Below are positions 28,647 through 37,659 of a stretch of DNA of 38,084 bases, one piece after another (the first letter of the stretch is position 1; each line of letters opens with the position of its first letter). The DNA is from Candidatus Harrisonbacteria bacterium. GTDB taxonomy: Bacteria > Patescibacteriota > Minisyncoccia > UBA6257 > WO2-44-18. Under the pieces are notes generated by a model. That model was not told the DNA's origin. It saw only the letters and a program-made list of their open reading frames with translations, and did no database searches. The position numbers were made by a program, and so were the translations under genes. Where the stretch lies: the NCBI GenBank assembly GCA_016182295.1, contig JACOXP010000009.1:1-38084 (forward strand), given 5' to 3'.

Positions 28647-28676
28647 CTAGATACTAGATTCTAGTTTCTAGATTCT
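28647..28676. repeat. Degenerate heptamer tandem repeat (CTAGATW x4)
   Basis: CTAGATA CTAGATT CTAGTTT CTAGATT fills the spacer between the AI-2E gene and metG. Confidence 0.75.
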
Positions 28677-28678
28677 CG

Positions 28679-29698
28679 TCAAAGTCCCAGACCGCGACGG
28701 CGAGCTTTGGAAGCAGACCATTCTTCGGCGAATTCCTGGAAAAGCACCGCCGCCGGAACGGCTAGAATCAAACCGACAAAACCAAAAACTTGAGCCCCGA
28801 TTAGAAGCGCGATCAAAATAACCACCGGAGAAAGGTCGGTAGTGAGTTTAGAAACCAGCGGCACCAGGATATTGTTTTCGAGTTGCTGAATAATAATAAA
28901 CAAAATCAAAGCGTAAAAAGCGAGAGCGGTCGAAGTAGTCAACCCCACAAGAACCGCCAAACTGCCGCTGAAAATTGGACCAACGTAAGGCACTAATTCG
29001 AAAATTCCGGCAACAATACCGAGGAGCAAGCTGTATTTCACCCCCAGAACCCAAAGGCCCAAAAATACCAATAAACCGACGCCAAAGCTCAAGACTACCT
29101 GCCCCGCCAGCCAGCGGCCGATTTTTTGTTTGATTCGATAGTAAAGATCGATGGTTTTATTCTCGTAAGCGGACGGCAGAATGGTAATCAAAAACTTTTC
29201 AACCCCGTCTTTCCCGACAGTAAGATAGAAGGACAGGACAAACACTGAAAGCGCGGTTGTTAAACTTCCTAAAAACTTTGTGCCAATTTCCAATAGCGAG
29301 GTGCTGCCGCTTAAAAGAACGTTGGTAATTTGGCCGAGCGCTTTATTGACGGAGTCAATCAAGCCGGAAGTGTCAATAAAGTCAAAAAGCGTGCCGGAAT
29401 ATCTGTCTAAACTACTAAGAAAAGTGTTGAACTCGGCCAGCGCGATCGGAATAACCACGTAAGCGATTAACGCGATAAGGAAAATTAAAATTATGTAAAG
29501 AACAAGGGTGCTTAAAATTCTGGGGATTTTGCGTTTCTCAAGCCAACTAACAATCGGATCTAAAGCGGCGGAGATAATCAAGGCCAAAAAGAGCGCTATT
29601 AAAATATCGCGAGCAATAAAAAGTATTGCCGCTAAAGCAACCATAAACAAAATTCTCCAAAGAGAACTCCAACTAATTGCTATGCCTCTTCCGTCCAT
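28679..29698 (-). CDS. AI-2E family transporter
   Basis: Multi-TM protein with VPYVGP, QQLENNILVP and GFVGLILAVP motifs. Confidence 0.92.
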   Translation of the reverse strand: MDGRGIAISWSSLWRILFMVALAAILFIARDILIALFLALIISAALDPIVSWLEKRKIPRILSTLVLYIILIFLIALIAYVVIPIALAEFNTFLSSLDRYSGTLFDFIDTSGLIDSVNKALGQITNVLLSGSTSLLEIGTKFLGSLTTALSVFVLSFYLTVGKDGVEKFLITILPSAYENKTIDLYYRIKQKIGRWLAGQVVLSFGVGLLVFLGLWVLGVKYSLLLGIVAGIFELVPYVGPIFSGSLAVLVGLTTSTALAFYALILFIIIQQLENNILVPLVSKLTTDLSPVVILIALLIGAQVFGFVGLILAVPAAVLFQEFAEEWSASKARRRGLGL

Positions 29699-29711
29699 TA
29701 CCTTTATATAA

Positions 29712-30986
29712 CTACAAACTCAGCAATTTTTCAAATCGTTTCTTATCCTTATAGGGCCCGATGATCGCCAAATTAAGCTTGTCGTTACGGAAGATGTCCT
29801 TAGCCAGCTTAATTACTTCATTTCTACTTACTTTCCCAACCGCTTTCACGATTTCATCCGGAGTTTTCAATTTTTCCCCTAAAATTTCCTGGCCGCCGTA
29901 AAAATTAGCCATTGCGTCCGAACTTTCCAGCCCAAGCAAGAACCTTCCGGAGAGGTGATCCTTGGCTCGTTGTAAATCACCGGCACTCAAATCACCACCG
30001 GCTATTTTGGAAAGCTCGTCGAGGGTCGCTTTAATGGCAATATCCAGCTTTTCATGATTCACACCGGCCGAAACAGCGAAAAATCCGTGATCCGTGAAAA
30101 GGTCGGCATCGGCTCTGATGGAATAAGCCGCTCCTAATTCCCCTCGGACTTTTTGAAAAAGACGGGAGCTCATTCCACCGCCCAAAACATCGGCCAGGAC
30201 GTTCAACGCGTACCTACGTTTATCATAGGCATCGAAAGCCCGAACGCCCATCACTATATGGGCTTGATCGGATTCTTTGTGCCGCAGAAGAATAGCCGGT
30301 TTCTGCTGTGATTCTTTTGTCTTAAGTTTGCCCATTTTTTTACCAGTATTAATGCCGGTAAAATGCCGTTTAATGCTTTTGGCAATACCGCTTGGATCAA
30401 ATTTCCCGGCTACCACTATAATCGTAGCTTGAGCAACATATTGCGCCGCCCGATAGTCGGTTAATTTTTGACGAGTAAGTTTATTTACTATTTCTTTTGT
30501 GCCGCCAATATCCCAGCCGGCCGGTTGGTCGCCGTAGAGCAAATCCATAAAAAGATCTTGGACTTTGCGCGGAGGCGTATCTTCATACATATTTAATTCT
30601 TCAATAACAACGCCTTTTTCTTTCTCGATTTCTTTTTCGTCAAGCTTTTGGTTCAAATAAATGTCGGAAACGACGTCTAAAATTCTTTCAGTGTGCTTCG
30701 GCTGGGCTTTGGCAAAATAGCCGGTCCATTCTTGTGAAGTAAAAGCGTTGTATTCGGCGCCGATGCCATCCAATTCACTGGAAATATCAATGGCGTGCGG
30801 CCGGCGAGTAGTCCCCTTGAAACACATATGCTCCAAAAAATGAGAGATGCCATTGATATCTTTCGTTTCATATTTGGAACCGGTAGCAACTAAAACTAAA
30901 ACGGTGGTGGTCAAACTGTCCGCTTCCGGAACTAAAACGATCCGCAAACCGTTTGGCAAAGTTATTTTTTTAAATCCTAAGCTCAT
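29712..30986 (-). CDS. M16-family zinc peptidase (pitrilysin-like)
   Basis: HFLEHMCFKGT (HxxEH), NAFT and LGGGMSSRLF motifs. Confidence 0.94.
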   Translation of the reverse strand: MSLGFKKITLPNGLRIVLVPEADSLTTTVLVLVATGSKYETKDINGISHFLEHMCFKGTTRRPHAIDISSELDGIGAEYNAFTSQEWTGYFAKAQPKHTERILDVVSDIYLNQKLDEKEIEKEKGVVIEELNMYEDTPPRKVQDLFMDLLYGDQPAGWDIGGTKEIVNKLTRQKLTDYRAAQYVAQATIIVVAGKFDPSGIAKSIKRHFTGINTGKKMGKLKTKESQQKPAILLRHKESDQAHIVMGVRAFDAYDKRRYALNVLADVLGGGMSSRLFQKVRGELGAAYSIRADADLFTDHGFFAVSAGVNHEKLDIAIKATLDELSKIAGGDLSAGDLQRAKDHLSGRFLLGLESSDAMANFYGGQEILGEKLKTPDEIVKAVGKVSRNEVIKLAKDIFRNDKLNLAIIGPYKDKKRFEKLLSL

Positions 30987-32445
30987 TGATGAGATATTCT
31001 TCGAGTTTCGCTATTTTAATTCTTTTTTGCTTCATCGAATCGCGGTCGCGCACGGTAACATCTTTTTTCTTAGCCGAATCAAAATCAATGGTAACACAAA
31101 ACGGCGTTCCGATTTCGTCCTGCCGACGGTAGCGGCGGCCGATGCTTTGAGTTTCGTCATATTCGCAAACGAATTTTTCCGAAAGTTCATCAAAGATCTT
31201 TTTGGCCAGCTTGGAAAGCTCCGGTTTTTTAGAAAGCGGCAAGACGGCCACTTTCACCGGCGCCAGCCAGTGAGGAAATTTCATAACTACGCGGGTGGCG
31301 CTTTCGCCCTCTTCCGCTTGCCCTGAACTTGTCGAACGGGCAGTTGGGGCCTGTTCTTCTTCGTAGGCCTCGAGCATCGCTACCAAAACCGATCTGTCTA
31401 CTCCCCAAGTTGGTTCAATCACGTGGGGAATAAATTTTTTCTTGGGATCCTCCGGATCAGCGTAAGAAAGATCCTGACCGCTTGCCTGGGAGTGATTTTT
31501 GAGATCAAAATCGGTTCGATAAGCCAGGCCGTAAAGCTCTTCATTGCCAAACGGGTAGTCGTAATCCACATCCACGGTGCGCTTGGAATAATGAGCGCGG
31601 TCCTCGGCCGACACTTCCCGATAATGAATTTTCTTTTCGGAGACACCAAGGTGTTTCAGCCATTTTTTCATCTCGCCAAGCCAGTGATCAAACCATTTCT
31701 CCCAATCTTTTTCTTCGCAGAAATACTCAATTTCCATTTGCTCGAATTCTCGAGTGCGGAAAATGAAGTTGCCCGGCGTAATTTCATTGCGAAACGCCTT
31801 CCCGGCCTGGGCAATACCGAAAGGCAACCGCTTGCGCGTCGTGTCAATAATGTTTTTAAAATCGACAAACATCGCTTGGGCTGTTTCCGGGCGAAGATAA
31901 ACTTCGTTGGCCTTTTCTTCCGCCGGACCCATAAAGGTTTTGAACATTAAGTTGAATTGTTTAGGTATGGCGACTTTAATCCCCCCCCCACAAGTAGGGC
32001 AATCCCAATATGAATTTTCTCTTTCATATGGATATTTTTCAAAAGCTTCTTTTGGGTTCTTAAATAAAAGTTCGTGAAATTTTTCAGATCTTTCTATGCC
32101 TTTTTCATCGGGGGCAGTCCTTCCTTGAGATGGAAGAAATCTAAGCTGATCAGCTCTGAAACGATGATGGCACTTTTTGCATTCTATTAAGGGATCGGAG
32201 AAGTTTTTTAGATGACCGCTGGCTTCCCAAACTTTAGGATTCATCATCAAAGCGGCGTCCAGACCGACAATGTCGGCGCGCTGGCGGACAAAACGCTTCC
32301 ACCATTCATCTTTGATGTTTTTTTTGAGTTCCGCTCCAAGCGGTCCGTAATCCCAAGAATTGGCAAGACCGCCGTAGATTTCCGATCCCGGAAAAATAAA
32401 ACCGCGGCGTTTTGCTAAATTAACTATTTTTTCCATTAAATCCAT
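30970..32445 (-). CDS. glyQS: Glycine-tRNA ligase (alpha2 type)
   Basis: EIYGG, DYGPLG, YLRPETAQ, FRNEITP, HVIEP and anticodon domain SIGRRYRRQDEIGTP. Start at MDLMEK. Confidence 0.96.
   Translation of the reverse strand: MDLMEKIVNLAKRRGFIFPGSEIYGGLANSWDYGPLGAELKKNIKDEWWKRFVRQRADIVGLDAALMMNPKVWEASGHLKNFSDPLIECKKCHHRFRADQLRFLPSQGRTAPDEKGIERSEKFHELLFKNPKEAFEKYPYERENSYWDCPTCGGGIKVAIPKQFNLMFKTFMGPAEEKANEVYLRPETAQAMFVDFKNIIDTTRKRLPFGIAQAGKAFRNEITPGNFIFRTREFEQMEIEYFCEEKDWEKWFDHWLGEMKKWLKHLGVSEKKIHYREVSAEDRAHYSKRTVDVDYDYPFGNEELYGLAYRTDFDLKNHSQASGQDLSYADPEDPKKKFIPHVIEPTWGVDRSVLVAMLEAYEEEQAPTARSTSSGQAEEGESATRVVMKFPHWLAPVKVAVLPLSKKPELSKLAKKIFDELSEKFVCEYDETQSIGRRYRRQDEIGTPFCVTIDFDSAKKKDVTVRDRDSMKQKRIKIAKLEEYLINELRI
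31316..31337. repeat. In-frame repeat, family A, in glyQS
   Basis: Identical 22-mer to 6257-6278; encodes STSSGQA. Confidence 0.8.
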
Positions 32446-32458
32446 GGTGTGATTTATA

Positions 32459-34177
32459 TTATTGAACCAACCCCTGGTCGGAACTGACGGTTTTGTCATC
32501 CGGCAATAAGGTGGTTACTCCGAAGTCGGCATTGTTGAGTTGAAGACCGGTAAAATCATCAATGGCTTTGATCCGAGTATCTCTGATTAATTCCATATAT
32601 TTTCCAACATCCGCGCTGGAAGGAGTTACTTCAATTTGGAAAACCGCTTCCATCGGACTGGTTACCACGCCGGTAGTCGCCGGCACTCGACTGATATTCC
32701 AGACGATTTCCTGCGTTCTTTCATTATATATCGGTTCGCTCGATCCGCCGCTTTTAACGATTTTTACGAAACGGGCATTGCTGCCAAGAAAAGCCCTTAC
32801 TTCAACGTCTTTAATATCAGTGCTGTAGTTGGTTATAAGCCAGTGAATTGTGTATTGGGTTGAGTTGTTGACGCGAGGCGGCCAGGGGCCGGAATTGGCT
32901 ACGCCGGAAGCGGCATCTCGGAAAAACGCGCGGGTGTCTATTGCCACAGAACCGGAAACTTTGGTTTCCAAAGCGGCTATTCCAATGGTTTTGTCGGCGG
33001 TAACAAAGTGAGGAACCGTCGGCGATTCAATTGAGCCAGATGCCTTCAAAAGAAAATTCTTGTCGCTCAATCTCCTAATCGGGTAATTTTCTTTGGCTTT
33101 GATTGAAAAACGCACTGAACCGGATTCTCCCGGAAGCAAAGTGGCAAGTTCCGGAAGGTTGGAAGCGTTCCAGGTGAGAGTGTTGTCAGTGGATCGAAAA
33201 CTGCCCAGAGTATCTAACGTGGGGAAATCAAACATTTCTCCAATCAGCTGGGCGCTGATAACAACGTCCCGCAGACCGATATCGGTATTGTTGGAAAAAT
33301 TCAAAGAATAATTAAGAATATCGCCCGCTTTCACGATATATTCCGGATCCTCGTTGAGAAAAATGCGAAGCGAAAGAGGAGAGGTGGCGATAGATAAAGT
33401 GGCTGTCTTGACGCTGATCGGATAGGACTGGCCGAGAAAACTCGCTTCGACAGACGCCTTGATATCGAAAAAAGCGCCGTCGGGACCGATGATCCGACCG
33501 GTGATTTTAAATTGGTTTTCCGATCCTTTTCTAAGCCCGCCAAGCACCCAAGTATTGTTTCCCACGTCCGGAGGCAAAGCCGATTTAATAAACGTGTAGG
33601 TCAATGGGTATTCCAGTTTCAGTTTCAAGTCCTGAAAATCAATATCGGAAGAGTTTTTATAAGAAATTTCGGTTTCAAAACTTTCGCCGCTAAAAACTTT
33701 CTGGGGAGCGGCGATGTCTAAAACGATACCGTAACTGCCCACCGCCAGATCAAGTGTCTGGCGTTTTTCAAACCGAGAACTTAACGAACCGGAGAGGAAA
33801 TTGGCGGCCGCTTCAATCCGTTTAAAAGAATTTTCGCCGTCCAAAGCGATCAATTTAAAGATGGCTTGATTGACCCCTCCGGCGCTTAAAGTTTTAAATT
33901 CCCGCAAGTCAACATTCTTGGCCGGCGGCGATCCCAGAAAAGCGATGCCTTCCGGCAAAGACAGAGAAAGCCGGAGGTCTTCAAAGATATTTTGCGAGGT
34001 GTTGGAAACTTCCACGGTAATTTCAAAAGGCACGCCGATAGAAACTTTTTCCGGACCCTGGATGTCAATCTCCAGACCGCGGGAAAGACGCCCCTGATAA
34101 GCGGAGTAAATAAGCAGACCGCCTCCCAAAACAATTACTACGGCAAAAATTATTGTTACCTTAGCGCGAAGAGACAT
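32459..34177 (-). CDS. Large membrane-anchored beta-rich hypothetical protein (DUF11/Ig-like repeats)
   Basis: N-terminal TM, repeated G...Y.I.Y.N and L.PGE Ig-like strands, and a GP.PP motif. Confidence 0.7.
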   Translation of the reverse strand: MSLRAKVTIIFAVVIVLGGGLLIYSAYQGRLSRGLEIDIQGPEKVSIGVPFEITVEVSNTSQNIFEDLRLSLSLPEGIAFLGSPPAKNVDLREFKTLSAGGVNQAIFKLIALDGENSFKRIEAAANFLSGSLSSRFEKRQTLDLAVGSYGIVLDIAAPQKVFSGESFETEISYKNSSDIDFQDLKLKLEYPLTYTFIKSALPPDVGNNTWVLGGLRKGSENQFKITGRIIGPDGAFFDIKASVEASFLGQSYPISVKTATLSIATSPLSLRIFLNEDPEYIVKAGDILNYSLNFSNNTDIGLRDVVISAQLIGEMFDFPTLDTLGSFRSTDNTLTWNASNLPELATLLPGESGSVRFSIKAKENYPIRRLSDKNFLLKASGSIESPTVPHFVTADKTIGIAALETKVSGSVAIDTRAFFRDAASGVANSGPWPPRVNNSTQYTIHWLITNYSTDIKDVEVRAFLGSNARFVKIVKSGGSSEPIYNERTQEIVWNISRVPATTGVVTSPMEAVFQIEVTPSSADVGKYMELIRDTRIKAIDDFTGLQLNNADFGVTTLLPDDKTVSSDQGLVQ

Positions 34178-34187
34178 TGCAATATGT

Positions 34188-34694
34188 TTATTTTAGAACA
34201 AAACTCTTTGGACTGCCAGATTTAAAGAAACAGGCGGGGCAGGAATAGATTAAATCCCCTATTAAAAAGTGTTTGAGCGAGGCGGACCCGCAAATGCCGC
34301 AGGAAGCGAATTTCTTATCAAAACCCAGCACGCCAAGGATTTGTTCTCCGTCCGGATTCTTGCCGGCAAGAACCCCCCAAAGATCCAAGTCCGGCTCGCC
34401 TTCCGGAGCGAGCTCTTTCACTAAATTTAAAGCGGCGAGCGTTTCCCGATTTGTTGGCAAAGCGGCGATTTTTAAAGCGTCCACTATTTGAAAACGATTT
34501 TTCTGCACTATTTTTATATCTATCAAATTTAACGGCTCAAGATGAGCCGATAGTTTAGAAACGATTTTTCTGGCGCTTGTAGCCCGCCCGATAATTTTCC
34601 CAAAAGCTTCGGTGTACAGAAAAACCCGGGAGTCGGCTTCGCCGTCCGGCTCTTTATCGAGCACAACTGCTTTGGTGTAAAATTCCTCCGTCAT
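34188..34694 (-). CDS. recO: DNA repair protein RecO (compact)
   Basis: AVVL...GEAD..V.LYT..FGKI...A..ARK..SKL..HLEP N-terminal OB domain and a C-terminal CxxC...CxxC. Confidence 0.8.
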   Translation of the reverse strand: MTEEFYTKAVVLDKEPDGEADSRVFLYTEAFGKIIGRATSARKIVSKLSAHLEPLNLIDIKIVQKNRFQIVDALKIAALPTNRETLAALNLVKELAPEGEPDLDLWGVLAGKNPDGEQILGVLGFDKKFASCGICGSASLKHFLIGDLIYSCPACFFKSGSPKSFVLK

Positions 34695-34724
34695 TGGTCT
34701 ATATTACAATAGACTAAGTTTAAC

Positions 34725-34760
34725 AAAAAAACCCGCTCTTTTCCCCAAGGAAGCGGGTTT
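34725..34760 (-). terminator. Rho-independent terminator
   Basis: AACCCGC...GCGGGTT hairpin with a T run on the minus strand after the patatin stop. Confidence 0.7.
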
Positions 34761-35695
34761 TAAGATTCAAGCGTCGCCAAAATCTCTTCAGTGCGCTCGT
34801 AACCATGCTTAATCGATTTTAGAATATCGCCTTTTTCACCATATCCCAAACTCAAAGTATCGATATTCATAGATGAATCAGTCAGAACCAAACGCTTCTC
34901 CACTGGGCCGTCTTTGAATAGTTCCCAAATGCGGCGTAGAAACGGCGAATGATTTTCTTTCGCCCATTTTACGTCTTCTGGGAAAACTCGAAACTTACCG
35001 CCAAAATTCTCTTTTAAATTCGATTCAATTTGTCGGTCAGTCATGAAGGAATTTTTCTTTATAAGTCGCTGAACAGCGTTAAGTTTTGCGGGGTTTACGG
35101 TCTGTCTTGGCTGACCGGTTTCCACCAAAAAAATTGTATCCATATCAGACAGAGATCTCGCGGAAATGCCGCAGGGATCAGAATAAGTTTGGGCATGAAT
35201 CTCTTCGGGTGGGAAAATCCCAGAATAGCTGGCGGAGGCTTTAATAAACTGCCTCAATAATTTATGTTGGGCCGGATCATCTTTGAATTCATGATTGCCA
35301 ACTATCTCTATCTCCTCTGTGGTTTCGTTAAAAACAGCAATTTCAAGACTTATCGGAGAATTAATAATCTTGCTCATATTAAGATTATTAACCAACCGCC
35401 AAAGTCCCTTATCGCTACAAAACGCGTTATTTCCCCTGGCGGCGTGCCAAAGTTTTACAAAACCGCTGCCAGAAAAAACATATCTATAACCGATCTCGTC
35501 AATTTTCGACCAAAACATTTTCAAAGCATTGGATCCGGATTCGACGTAACCGGCTCCGTTGAACGCGCCGCCAGAGGCGCACAGAATTTTTTCGATTTTA
35601 ATGCCAACTTTGTCAATATATTCCAAAAAGCCCACTTGAATAGCGCATCTTAATCCTCCGCCCGGTAAAATCACGCCGACTCGACCGAGATTCAT
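34760..35695 (-). CDS. Patatin-like phospholipase family protein (divergent motifs)
   Basis: PGGGLRCAIQVG oxyanion motif, ASGG nucleophile elbow, ASAS..G.FPP and YSD. Confidence 0.75.
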   Translation of the reverse strand: MNLGRVGVILPGGGLRCAIQVGFLEYIDKVGIKIEKILCASGGAFNGAGYVESGSNALKMFWSKIDEIGYRYVFSGSGFVKLWHAARGNNAFCSDKGLWRLVNNLNMSKIINSPISLEIAVFNETTEEIEIVGNHEFKDDPAQHKLLRQFIKASASYSGIFPPEEIHAQTYSDPCGISARSLSDMDTIFLVETGQPRQTVNPAKLNAVQRLIKKNSFMTDRQIESNLKENFGGKFRVFPEDVKWAKENHSPFLRRIWELFKDGPVEKRLVLTDSSMNIDTLSLGYGEKGDILKSIKHGYERTEEILATLES

Positions 35696-35794
35696 TTGCC
35701 GACTCCTTTACATAATCTTATTTAAAAAATTTAAAACTGCCGAATCAATTATGGCATTTTTCCAACAAAGAGTCGATGGCGATCGTCAAGATAC

Positions 35795-35811
35795 AGAAAA
35801 TGTCATGGGAG
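35795..35811 (+). repeat. Cassette-boundary site A
   Basis: AGAAAATGTCATGGGAG, followed by promoter TTGACA(35821)-18-TACTCT. Confidence 0.7.
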
Positions 35812-35890
35812 TCAAAAAACTTGACAAGTAGCATACTGCTGTGCTACTCTGCAACCAGTTTCAATCAACTTATTTGAAAGGGGGTGTGGC

Positions 35891-36082
35891 GTGGAGTACG
35901 TTGAGGAATGCACCGTGACGTGTTGCGTCTGCGGCAAGCAGTTCACCGGCCAAAGGGTCGCCGACTCCAAGGAGGAGCTGGACAAGACCGGCTGGTACAA
36001 TGCCGTGGAGGAGACCCTACTTCTCGAGACGTGCCGTGAGTGTCTCGACAAGGAGAAGGCCAAGACCAGCGCAACGGCCTAG
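35891..36082 (+). CDS. Small CxxC...CxxC zinc-binding hypothetical protein
   Basis: 63 aa with CCVC and CREC, GC-rich codons, SD-like GGGGG and its own promoter. Confidence 0.7.
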   Translation: MEYVEECTVTCCVCGKQFTGQRVADSKEELDKTGWYNAVEETLLLETCRECLDKEKAKTSATA

Positions 36083-36088
36083 CCAAAC

Positions 36089-36523
36089 CTAGTGCTGAGC
36101 ATCACTCAAAACTGCTCTTTTTTCTTTGCCAAAATCCATTCTCATTCTTCTCTTCTTATACGAGCTGACTTCTTTTTTCAATTGTTGTCTTAGGCCGCTG
36201 AAACTTTTAGAGTTAGATAATAACTCAAGCGCTTGTTCGGCAGTTCGGATTGCTTCCAAATAATTTTTTTCTCCAGCTAAAGAAAATGATAAGTTAGACC
36301 AAGCTAAACCGAATCTCGGCTCCAACTTGATAGCCTTCTTATAATATCTAATCGCCTTTTGCTGATTACCCGCTGCTCGAAATACATTGCCAAGACTATT
36401 ATAGAGTTCTGGTTTATTTTTCGTACGTCTATAATATTTCTTAAAATATATCTCCGCGCTCTTAAAGTCTCCTTTGTGCAACATCTTTATCGCGGTTGAT
36501 TTGTAATTTTCGTTATTCCCCAT
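36089..36523 (-). CDS. Tetratricopeptide-repeat protein
   Basis: YNSLGNVF...A..YYKKAI.L.P....AWSNL TPR pattern; AT-rich. Start at 36523 or 36556. Confidence 0.8.
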   Translation of the reverse strand: MGNNENYKSTAIKMLHKGDFKSAEIYFKKYYRRTKNKPELYNSLGNVFRAAGNQQKAIRYYKKAIKLEPRFGLAWSNLSFSLAGEKNYLEAIRTAEQALELLSNSKSFSGLRQQLKKEVSSYKKRRMRMDFGKEKRAVLSDAQH

Positions 36524-36590
36524 GCTACCTATTACATTATAATAAAAAAATTTCATGCGGAACGAAAAATCAAAAATAATTTTTTCGCCA

Positions 36591-36621
36591 AGTCCGATTC
36601 TTGATGGGTCGGGCTTTTTTT
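36591..36621 (+). terminator. Rho-independent terminator preceding site B
   Basis: AGTCCGATTC-TTGAT-GGGTCGGGCT followed by a T run. Confidence 0.65.
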
Positions 36622-36644
36622 ATTCTCACCTCTCATAACACTTC
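36615..36644 (-). repeat. Cassette-boundary site B
   Basis: TTTTTTTATTCTCACCTCTCATAACACTTC, 28/30 identical to 37457-37486. Confidence 0.75.
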
Positions 36645-36842
36645 ATAAACCACTCGCCAGTCTCCAACGCGGAACTTAAAAAAGTTCTTCCACTTCCCGC
36701 GTAGAGGATCATGCTTAACTTGATCAAAGCTGTCTTTGAACCATTGAAGTTTTTCAAGAAGGCGGCTTTTGGCTGGTTCGCCGATGCGCTTCAAGTCCTG
36801 CTCTGCCACGTCAGTAACTTCGATTCGCCAATCTATCTCCAC
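36633..36842 (-). pseudogene. relE: RelE/ParE-family toxin, C-terminally truncated
   Basis: W.I..T..A..DL..I...L.G....FKFRVGDWRVVY pattern; it stops at 69 aa, inside site B. Confidence 0.75.
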
Positions 36843-36844
36843 AA

Positions 36845-37054
36845 TTAATGAACCTCGTATTGCTTCAAAACCTCGGTCAAACTTCTTGTTTTGTCAGCTT
36901 TTCTGGAGCGAATCGATTTGCGCAGTCGGGTTTCAAATTCGGGCCTTAATTCCAAACCAAAATCGGGGTCATTCAAAAATTCTCTTAAGACCTCAATGAC
37001 TTGCTTTTTGACCAAACTATTTAGCTTTGCTTCTTCTAAACTCGTCTTAGCCAT
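36845..37054 (-). CDS. Putative type II antitoxin
   Basis: 69 aa with DPDFGLELRPEF...L..S motif, 2 nt upstream of relE. Promoter TTGCAA-16-TATACT. Confidence 0.75.
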   Translation of the reverse strand: MAKTSLEEAKLNSLVKKQVIEVLREFLNDPDFGLELRPEFETRLRKSIRSRKADKTRSLTEVLKQYEVH

Positions 37055-37090
37055 GTTCTTAGTATATCACCTTGAAAAATTTTTGCAAAA

Positions 37091-37110
37091 TTATCTCCCG
37101 TGACCCCTCT
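37091..37110 (-). repeat. Cassette-boundary site C (degenerate)
   Basis: TTATCTCCCGTGACCCCTCT versus TTATCTCCCATGACACTTCT at 37930-37949 (17/20 identical). Confidence 0.6.
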
Positions 37111-37218
37111 TCGCTTTTCGAGCTTCGGACTGGCGCAGCGCTTCTACTACCTATTGACCGCGTCCTAAAGATTCTTTTAATCTTAACGTGGCACGTTGAA
37201 TTTCTTCAGAGGGAAGTC

Positions 37219-37449
37219 ATGAAAAAGTACAGAATTCTCAAGTCGGTAATACTAAGTTTTCTAACTCCGCAGGACCAAAGTGATGAAATCATCGAGCCGA
37301 AAGATGGAGTCATACTGGAAAGTGACGGCCGTACAATCTGGGCCATCAAAAATAGGAAACGGCACGAATCAATAACCGTAGCTCACGCTATCGAATATTG
37401 GCTTGATATCGGAGCAATTATAGAAATTTCATCGGAGGAAGGTCAATGA
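37219..37449 (+). CDS. Hypothetical protein
   Basis: 76 aa starting MKKYRI, SD-like GAGGGA, and a terminator overlapping the stop. Confidence 0.7.
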   Translation: MKKYRILKSVILSFLTPQDQSDEIIEPKDGVILESDGRTIWAIKNRKRHESITVAHAIEYWLDIGAIIEISSEEGQ

Positions 37450-37456
37450 GGCCTTC

Positions 37457-37487
37457 TTTTTTTATTCTCACCTCCCATGACACTTCT
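37457..37487 (-). repeat. Cassette-boundary site D
   Basis: TTTTTTTATTCTCACCTCCCATGACACTTCT, following the hairpin GAAGGTC-AATGA-GGCCTTC. Confidence 0.75.
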
Positions 37488-37570
37488 GTTTTTTTAATAA
37501 CCAATCGCAGGAATTCTCTTTATTTTAGGCCGTTTTTCAATCTACGATACTACCAGATTTGCCGAGACAT

Positions 37571-37587
37571 AGAAAATGTCATGGGGA
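37571..37587 (+). repeat. Cassette-boundary site E
   Basis: AGAAAATGTCATGGGGA; its upstream flank resembles that of site A. Confidence 0.7.
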
Positions 37588-37659
37588 CTTGTATTTTAAT
37601 TCCTTCTACTGTAATATTTCAATTAGTACGGTTCCTTTACTTTTCCGGGAGGTGTTTCA

